From Burkholderiales bacterium (GTDB lineage Bacteria > Pseudomonadota > Gammaproteobacteria > Burkholderiales > SG8-39): a DNA stretch of 64,000 nt. The stretch's first letter is position 1; the number at the start of each line of letters is the position of its first letter. Position numbers and translations under genes: made by a program. Location of the stretch: positions 9,652 to 73,651 of the forward strand of contig JAOAEA010000007.1 in assembly GCA_026417035.1 (NCBI GenBank), written 5' to 3'. Shown in pieces: positions 58,596 to 64,000 of the stretch. The notes below the pieces were generated by a model. That model saw only the letters and a list, made by a program, of their open reading frames with translations, did no database searches and had not been told where the DNA came from.

Positions 58596-60329
58596 ATGGA
58601 AGCCAACGTCTTCATCCGCGCGCGCTCGTTCCTCGGCAAGGTGTGGAACCTCGCCTCGCCCTACTGGCGCTCCGAGGAGCGGGGCACCGCCTGGGCGCTG
58701 CTCGCCGCGATCGTGGCGATCTCGATGGGTCTCGTGTACATGCTGGTGCTGCTCAACGACTGGCAGCGGCAGTTCTTCAACGCGATCGAGGCGAGGCAGT
58801 ACGAGGACTTCTTCGCGCTGCTGCTCTACTTCAGCTTCCTCGCCGCCGTGTTCATCGTCGCCTCGGTGTACCGCACCTATCTCCAGCAGATGCTCGAGAT
58901 GCGCTGGCGGATCTGGCTCACGAAGCAGTACCTCGGCGACTGGCTCGGCGAGCAGGCCTTCTACCGCCTCGAGCTCGCCGGCCGCGGCACCGACAACCCC
59001 GACCAGCGCATCGCCGAGGACCTGCGGCTCTTCACCTCGAACACGCTCGCGCTCGGTCTGGGGCTGCTGCGCGAAGCGGTCACGCTGGCGTCCTTCGTCG
59101 TGATCCTTTGGCACGTCTCGGGGCCGCTGCGGTTCGACCTCGGGGGCAGCGCGGTCACGATCCCCGGCTACATGGTCTGGGCGGCGCTCGCCTACGCGAT
59201 CGTCGGCAGCGTGCTCACCCACTTCGTCGGCCGGCCGCTCATCGGGCTCAACTTCCGTCAGGAGCGCGTCGAGGCCGACCTCCGCTTCGGTCTCGTGCGT
59301 CTGCGCGAGCACGCCGAGGGCATCGCGCTCTACCGCGGCGAGGCCCCGGAGCGCCGCTCGCTCCTCGACCGGCTCGAGCGGGTGCGCGAGAACTGGTGGG
59401 CGCTGATGCTCTACACGAAGCGGCTCGGCACGTTCACCATCGGCTACAACCAGATCGCGGTCGTCTTCCCGTACTTCGTCGCGGGGCCGCGCTACTTCAC
59501 CGGCGCGATCACGCTCGGCGAGCTCACGCAGATCGCCAACGCGTTCGGGCAGGTGCAGAGCTCGCTCTCGTGGTTCGTCGACAGCTACGGGGCGCTCGCC
59601 AACTGGAAGGCGAGCGTGGACCGCCTGCTCACGTTCCACGAGGCGCTGCAGGAAACCCACCGCGAGATCCGCGAGGCCCCCGCCATCCGGCGCGAGCCGG
59701 CCGTCGCCCCGGCGCTCTGCGCCGAGGACCTGACGCTCGCGCTGCCGGACGGCCGGGTGATCCTCGCCGACGCATCCTTCTGCCTCGAACCGGGCGAGCG
59801 CGTCGTGGTCACGGGCCCCTCGGGAAGCGGCAAGAGCACCCTCTTCCGCGCGCTCGCCGGGATCTGGCCGTTCGGGCGCGGGCGTATCGTCGTGCCCGAA
59901 GGCGCGCGGCTCCTCTTCCTCCCGCAGAAGCCCTACATCCCGATCGCGAGCCTGCGCGAGGCCGTTTCGTTCCCCGCCGTCGCCGGCACCTACTCCGACG
60001 ACGACATCCGCGCGGCGCTCGATGCGGTGGGGCTCGGCGGGTTCGCCGACCGCCTCGACGAGACGCAGAACTGGAGCATGCGCCTCTCGGGCGGCGAGCA
60101 GCAGAAACTCGCGATCGCGCGCGCGCTCCTCGCGCGGCCGGACTGGCTCTTCCTCGACGAGGCGACCTCCGCGATGGATCCCGCCGCCCAGCGGACCGCG
60201 TTGGCCGCGCTGGCCGCCCGCCTGCCGCAGGCGACCGTCGTGAGCATCGCGCACGGCGAGGGCGAGCTCGCCGGCCGACGCCTCGCCTTCGTGCCCGAGA
60301 ACGGGATGGCGCGGCTCGCCGCCGGGTGA
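58596..60329 (+). CDS. ABC transporter, fused permease/ATPase (YddA/BclA-peptide importer/ABCD-like)
   Basis: DNPDQRIAED, IPGYMVW, EADLRFGL, GPSGSGKS, FLPQKPY, LSGGEQQ, LDEATS. Confidence 0.92.
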   Translation: MEANVFIRARSFLGKVWNLASPYWRSEERGTAWALLAAIVAISMGLVYMLVLLNDWQRQFFNAIEARQYEDFFALLLYFSFLAAVFIVASVYRTYLQQMLEMRWRIWLTKQYLGDWLGEQAFYRLELAGRGTDNPDQRIAEDLRLFTSNTLALGLGLLREAVTLASFVVILWHVSGPLRFDLGGSAVTIPGYMVWAALAYAIVGSVLTHFVGRPLIGLNFRQERVEADLRFGLVRLREHAEGIALYRGEAPERRSLLDRLERVRENWWALMLYTKRLGTFTIGYNQIAVVFPYFVAGPRYFTGAITLGELTQIANAFGQVQSSLSWFVDSYGALANWKASVDRLLTFHEALQETHREIREAPAIRREPAVAPALCAEDLTLALPDGRVILADASFCLEPGERVVVTGPSGSGKSTLFRALAGIWPFGRGRIVVPEGARLLFLPQKPYIPIASLREAVSFPAVAGTYSDDDIRAALDAVGLGGFADRLDETQNWSMRLSGGEQQKLAIARALLARPDWLFLDEATSAMDPAAQRTALAALAARLPQATVVSIAHGEGELAGRRLAFVPENGMARLAAG

Positions 60330-60346
60330 TCGCGCGGCGGCCCCGC

Positions 60347-60838
60347 TCAGGGCAGGATGCGCAAGAGCAGCGAGCCGGCGTCGGCGGCCGAGCCACGTTC
60401 GATCTCGTCCGCGGTGGCCGGCCGCACCGACGCCACGTGGATCAGGAACTTGAGCGCCATGCCCGCGAGCGGGTGATTGCCGTCGAGGACCACGGCGTCG
60501 TCCGCGACGTCGGTCACGGTGTAGATCGTCTCGTCGCCCGCCTCGCCCGGGATGCCCTCGAACTGCATGCCGACCGCGACCGATTCGGGGAACTTCCCGC
60601 GCGGCTCGACGCGGAGCAGCGTCTCGTCGTAGTCGCCGAACGCATCCTCGGGCTCGAGCCGGACCTCGAGGCGGTCGCCCTCGGCACGGCCCGCGAGGGC
60701 CTGCTCGAGCGCGGGCAGCAGCCCCTCGGCGCCCCCGTGCAGGTAGAGCAGCGGCTCCTCGGTCTTCTGCAGGACGTTGCCCCAGAGGTCCTGGAGCTCG
60801 ATGTCGAGTGCGGCGACGGTGCCGGGGCCGATGTTCAA
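60347..60838 (-). CDS. FKBP-type peptidyl-prolyl isomerase (SlyD-like paralogue without His tail)
   Basis: YLHGG, LEPEDAFGDYD, VGMQFEG, LDGNHPLAG; TTG start after GGAGG. Confidence 0.88.
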   Translation of the reverse strand: MNIGPGTVAALDIELQDLWGNVLQKTEEPLLYLHGGAEGLLPALEQALAGRAEGDRLEVRLEPEDAFGDYDETLLRVEPRGKFPESVAVGMQFEGIPGEAGDETIYTVTDVADDAVVLDGNHPLAGMALKFLIHVASVRPATADEIERGSAADAGSLLLRILP

Positions 60839-60890
60839 GGAACCTCCGCGAGGGCTCGCCGGCGCGCGGCGCACCGCGCCCGCGGACGGC

Positions 60891-61358
60891 TCAGCCGAGC
60901 TGCTTCACCAGCGCCAGCACCTCGGCGGCGTGGCCCCTGGGGTTGACGTTCACGAGCGTGTGGCGCACCTTGCCGCGCTTGTCGATGATGAAGGTCGCGC
61001 GCTGGATACAGCGCTTCTTCACGCCGTCGTGGTCCTTCTCCGCGACCACGCCGTACTTGCCGCAGACCTCGGTGTCCGGGTCGGCGAGCAGCCGCACGGA
61101 GAGCCCGTTCTCGTCGCGGAACTCGGCGTGCCGCAGGCAGTCGTCGGGCGAGATGCCGAGGACGATCGTGTCGTGGCGCAGGAAATCGCTCTCGTGGTCG
61201 CTGAAGTCGATCGCCTGCAGCGTGCAGCCCGGCGTGCCGTCGCGCGGATAGAAATAGAGCACGACGTTGTGCTTGCCCCTGAACTGCGCGAGGCTCACCG
61301 TCTCCATGTCCGCATCGGGCAGGGAGAAGTTGGGCGCGGGCTGGCCGACTTGCAGCAT
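60891..61358 (-). CDS. bcp: Peroxiredoxin BCP/PrxQ
   Basis: GQPAPNFSL, LYFYPRDGTPGCTLQA, LGISPD, RATFIID. Confidence 0.9.
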   Translation of the reverse strand: MLQVGQPAPNFSLPDADMETVSLAQFRGKHNVVLYFYPRDGTPGCTLQAIDFSDHESDFLRHDTIVLGISPDDCLRHAEFRDENGLSVRLLADPDTEVCGKYGVVAEKDHDGVKKRCIQRATFIIDKRGKVRHTLVNVNPRGHAAEVLALVKQLG

Positions 61359-61506
61359 GACGGTTGCGCGGGGTCGCGGCGATTCTAAACCAACTCATTT
61401 CGCTCCGTGTCAAGGGGAGCGGCGCGAACCGTTTCATATAATCGCAACGTGGCGTCGCGCGGATGCGCCCCGCATCGCGCTTCGGCCGCCGCACGGCTTC
61501 ACGCTC

Positions 61507-62631
61507 ATGGGACTCGACCTCCTCGGCGGCCTCGCGCCGCGCGAATTCCTCGCCCGCCACTGGCAGAAGCGCCCGCTCGTCGTGCGCGGGGCCGTGCCGG
61601 GGTTCCGCGGCGCGGCGACGCCGCGCGAGCTCTTCGCGATCGCGGGGCGCGACGACGCGGAGTCGCGCCTGGTGTCGCGCTCGCGCGGGCGCTGGCACCT
61701 GCGCCACGGCCCGTTCGCGGCGCGGACGCTCGCCGCGATGCCGCGCCGCGGCTGGACACTGCTCGTGCAGGGCGTCAACGAATTCTTGCCCGCGGCCGAC
61801 GCCCTGATGCGGCGCTTCGCGTTCGTGCCCTACGCGCGCCTCGACGACGTGATGGCGAGCTACGCGGTCCCCGGCGGCGGCGTCGGCCCGCACTTCGATT
61901 CCTACGACGTCTTCCTCCTGCAGGGCCTCGGGCGGCGGCGCTGGCGCATCGGCGCGCAGCGCGACCGGACGCTCGACCCGCGCGCGCCGCTGCGCGTGCT
62001 CGCGCGCTTCCGGCCCGAGGCCGAGTGGATCCTCGAGCCCGGCGACATGCTCTACCTGCCGCCGCGCTACGCGCACGAGGGTGTCGCGCTCGACGAATGC
62101 ACCACGTGGTCGATCGGCTTTCGCGCGCCGTCCGCGACCGAGTACGCCCGGGGATTCCTCGGCTTCCTCGCCGACCGCCTCGACCTCGCCGGGCGCTACG
62201 CCGACCCCGACCTCGCGCCGCAGCACCATCCGGCCGAGATCGGCAGCGCGATGGTCGAACGGGTCGCGGCGATGCTCGCGGGCGTGCGCTGGCGCCGCGC
62301 CGACATCGAAGCGTTCCTCGGCGAGTTCCTCTCTGAGCCGAAGCCGCGCGTCGTGTTCGACCCGCCGCGGTCCCCGCTCGGTCCGGCGCGCTTCGCCGCC
62401 GCCGTGCGGCGCCGCGGGGTGCGGCTCGACCTGCGCACCATCATGCTCTTCCGCGGCGCGCACGTGTACGTGAACGGCGAGCGCGCGCCGATGCCGCGCG
62501 GAACCCGGCACGCGCTCGTCGCGCTCGCCGACCGCCGCGCGCTCGCCCCCGCGGAGGTGGACACGCCCCTGCTCCCGCTGCTCCACGTGTGGTACCGTGC
62601 CGGCTACCTCCATCCCGGGCCGCCCGCATGA
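61507..62631 (+). CDS. roxA: JmjC/cupin-4 hydroxylase (YcfD/RoxA family)
   Basis: WQKRPL, WTLLVQ, RLDDVMASYA, GGVGPHFDSYDVFLLQ, LEPGDMLYLPP, HEG, SIGFRAP. Confidence 0.85.
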   Translation: MGLDLLGGLAPREFLARHWQKRPLVVRGAVPGFRGAATPRELFAIAGRDDAESRLVSRSRGRWHLRHGPFAARTLAAMPRRGWTLLVQGVNEFLPAADALMRRFAFVPYARLDDVMASYAVPGGGVGPHFDSYDVFLLQGLGRRRWRIGAQRDRTLDPRAPLRVLARFRPEAEWILEPGDMLYLPPRYAHEGVALDECTTWSIGFRAPSATEYARGFLGFLADRLDLAGRYADPDLAPQHHPAEIGSAMVERVAAMLAGVRWRRADIEAFLGEFLSEPKPRVVFDPPRSPLGPARFAAAVRRRGVRLDLRTIMLFRGAHVYVNGERAPMPRGTRHALVALADRRALAPAEVDTPLLPLLHVWYRAGYLHPGPPA

Positions 62632-63131
62632 CCCAGGACGACTCCTCGCCACCGCCCGAGCGCGTCGTGATCGACACACGCCGCGAGTATCAGGAGGCGT
62701 TCGACGCGCTCCTCGCGCTCGCCACCCGCGAGATCCGGATCTTCGACCCGGACCTGGCGCAGCTCGCGCTCGAGGCGCCGGAGCGCCTCGACCGCGTGGG
62801 CGCCTTCCTGCGCCGCACGCGCGGCAACCGCCTGTTCATCGCCGTCCACGATCCGGCGCCCCTCGCGCAACGCTCGCCGCGTCTCGCGCGCCTCGTGGCG
62901 CTCTTCAGCGACGACATCGCGGTGCACCGGACCACCGGCGAGGCGGAGCGCGCGCAGGACTGCTTCGTGCTCGCCGACCGCGAGCACTTCGTGCGGCGCG
63001 CGGTCGCGGCGCATCCGCGCGGTGTGTTCGCACGCCACGACCCGCACGAGGGCACGCTCATGCGCGAGCGCTTCGACCAGATCTGGGAGAGCTCCGAGCC
63101 GACGGCGCCGCCCACCACACTCGGTCTCTGA
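62628..63131 (+). CDS. Conserved hypothetical protein (PLD-like fold suspected), coupled to the cupin gene
   Basis: ATGA overlap; EIRIFDPDL, PRLARL, FVLADREH, FDQIW. Confidence 0.75.
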   Translation: MTQDDSSPPPERVVIDTRREYQEAFDALLALATREIRIFDPDLAQLALEAPERLDRVGAFLRRTRGNRLFIAVHDPAPLAQRSPRLARLVALFSDDIAVHRTTGEAERAQDCFVLADREHFVRRAVAAHPRGVFARHDPHEGTLMRERFDQIWESSEPTAPPTTLGL

Positions 63132-63274
63132 GCGACGCCGAAGAAGGGGGCGCGTTTCCGCGGGCCCCGATTCGGGCGCCGACCACGGGCACCCCCTCTC
63201 GCGGCAGCGGGCCGGGCGCGAGAGAATCACTCGCCGGCGCCCTCGCGGTGCCGGTGCCGCGGTGCCGCAGCCGT

Positions 63275-63280
63275 TATAAT
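63275..63280 (+). promoter_or_regulatory. Putative -10 box for the lipoprotein gene
   Basis: TATAAT about 80 nt upstream of ATG 63360. Confidence 0.45.
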
Positions 63281-63359
63281 CATTGCCGCTCGGCCGGCGT
63301 GCCGCCGCGGGCCACCATCGGCCGACACCTCTCCTCACTCGAACAAAAGGGACCACACC

Positions 63360-63623
63360 ATGAAACGCACTCTCGTTGCCGCCGCGCTCGTCGCGATCGC
63401 GCTCGCCGGCTGCGGCAAGGAAGAACCGAAGCCGGCGCCCGCGCCCGCGCCTGCTGCCCAACCGCCGGCCGCGCCGCCGGCCGCCCCCGCGCCGGCGCCC
63501 GCCGCGGAGGCGCCGAAGGCGGATCAGCCGGCCGCCGCGCCGGCCGCGGGCGAAGCGGCGAAGGCCGCGGGCGAAGCCGCCAAGGCGGCGGCCGAGCCCG
63601 CCAAGGAAGAAGCGAAGAAGTAA
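63360..63623 (+). CDS. Small Ala/Pro-rich lipoprotein
   Basis: MKRTLVAAALVAIALAGC lipobox; low-complexity mature part; own terminator. Confidence 0.85.
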   Translation: MKRTLVAAALVAIALAGCGKEEPKPAPAPAPAAQPPAAPPAAPAPAPAAEAPKADQPAAAPAAGEAAKAAGEAAKAAAEPAKEEAKK

Positions 63624-63640
63624 GCGGCGCTTCGGCGGCG

Positions 63641-63676
63641 CGCGAAGGCCGGCCCATGGGCCGGCCTTCGCGTTTC
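63641..63676. terminator. Intrinsic terminator
   Basis: Perfect palindrome CGCGAAGGCCGGCCCATGGGCCGGCCTTCGCG followed by TTTC. Confidence 0.8.
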
Positions 63677-63696
63677 TGCGCCCGGGTGGCACGCCT

Positions 63697-64000
63697 TCAG
63701 AGCGCGCGCCAGCCGAAGCCCTCCTGCTGCGAAGCGATGCCGATCCAATCGGCCGGGCAGCCGAGCGCCTGCGCCAGCGCCGCGCGCGCCAACTCGGGGG
63801 TGTTGTTCGCCTCGGAGAGATGCGCCGCGACGACGTGGCGCAGCCGCGTCCTGTCGAGCGCGGCGAGCAGCTCCGCCGCCGCGTCGTTCGCCAGATGCCC
63901 GAAGGGGCCGGCGATTCGCTGCTTCAGCCACTCGGGATAGGGCCCGGCGGCGAGCATCCCGGGATCATGGTTGCACTCCAGAACCAGCGCGTCGCAACCC
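63697..64000 (-). CDS. MBL-fold metallo-hydrolase (YycJ/WalJ-like), 3' part only
   Basis: LVLECNHD, GPYP, GHLAN, AHLSEANN; frame runs off the window end. Confidence 0.85.
   Translation of the reverse strand, partial: GCDALVLECNHDPGMLAAGPYPEWLKQRIAGPFGHLANDAAAELLAALDRTRLRHVVAAHLSEANNTPELARAALAQALGCPADWIGIASQQEGFGWRAL

Overview
A very GC-rich (visually about 70-75%) bacterial chromosomal segment. Gene content and order (yciB-bolA-ppiC, large purL, cupin-bcp-slyD, box cluster) point to a betaproteobacterium (inference). The main block is an aerobic benzoyl-CoA (box) catabolic cluster at about 14.6-27.5 kb: a liv-type ABC importer, benzoate-CoA ligase, DUF4863 protein, boxR with TGCA-type operators, boxC (split by a one-base frameshift), boxB and boxA. 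It is followed on the minus strand by an AttEFGH-like exporter/lipocalin module, a hydrolase and an MFS transporter. Other loci are a CoA-transferase/thiol-dioxygenase pair, a 5-oxoprolinase / FAD oxidoreductase / TRAP locus, purL, and a 1021-aa protein with a putative wHTH domain, a charged helical rod, a TM segment and an AsmA-like domain. I found no rRNA, tRNA, CRISPR array or transposase. The least explained signal is a set of short non-coding repeats: facing 7-bp tandem arrays, G-tract/C-tract hairpins, and a three-copy ~40-bp 'AGGGA(A/G)YGTCYGAG' element. They enlarge operon junctions, come with short filler ORFs, duplicate the boxA start in one case, and sit beside a decayed cupin gene. 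All family assignments are from motif recognition by eye; no searches were run.
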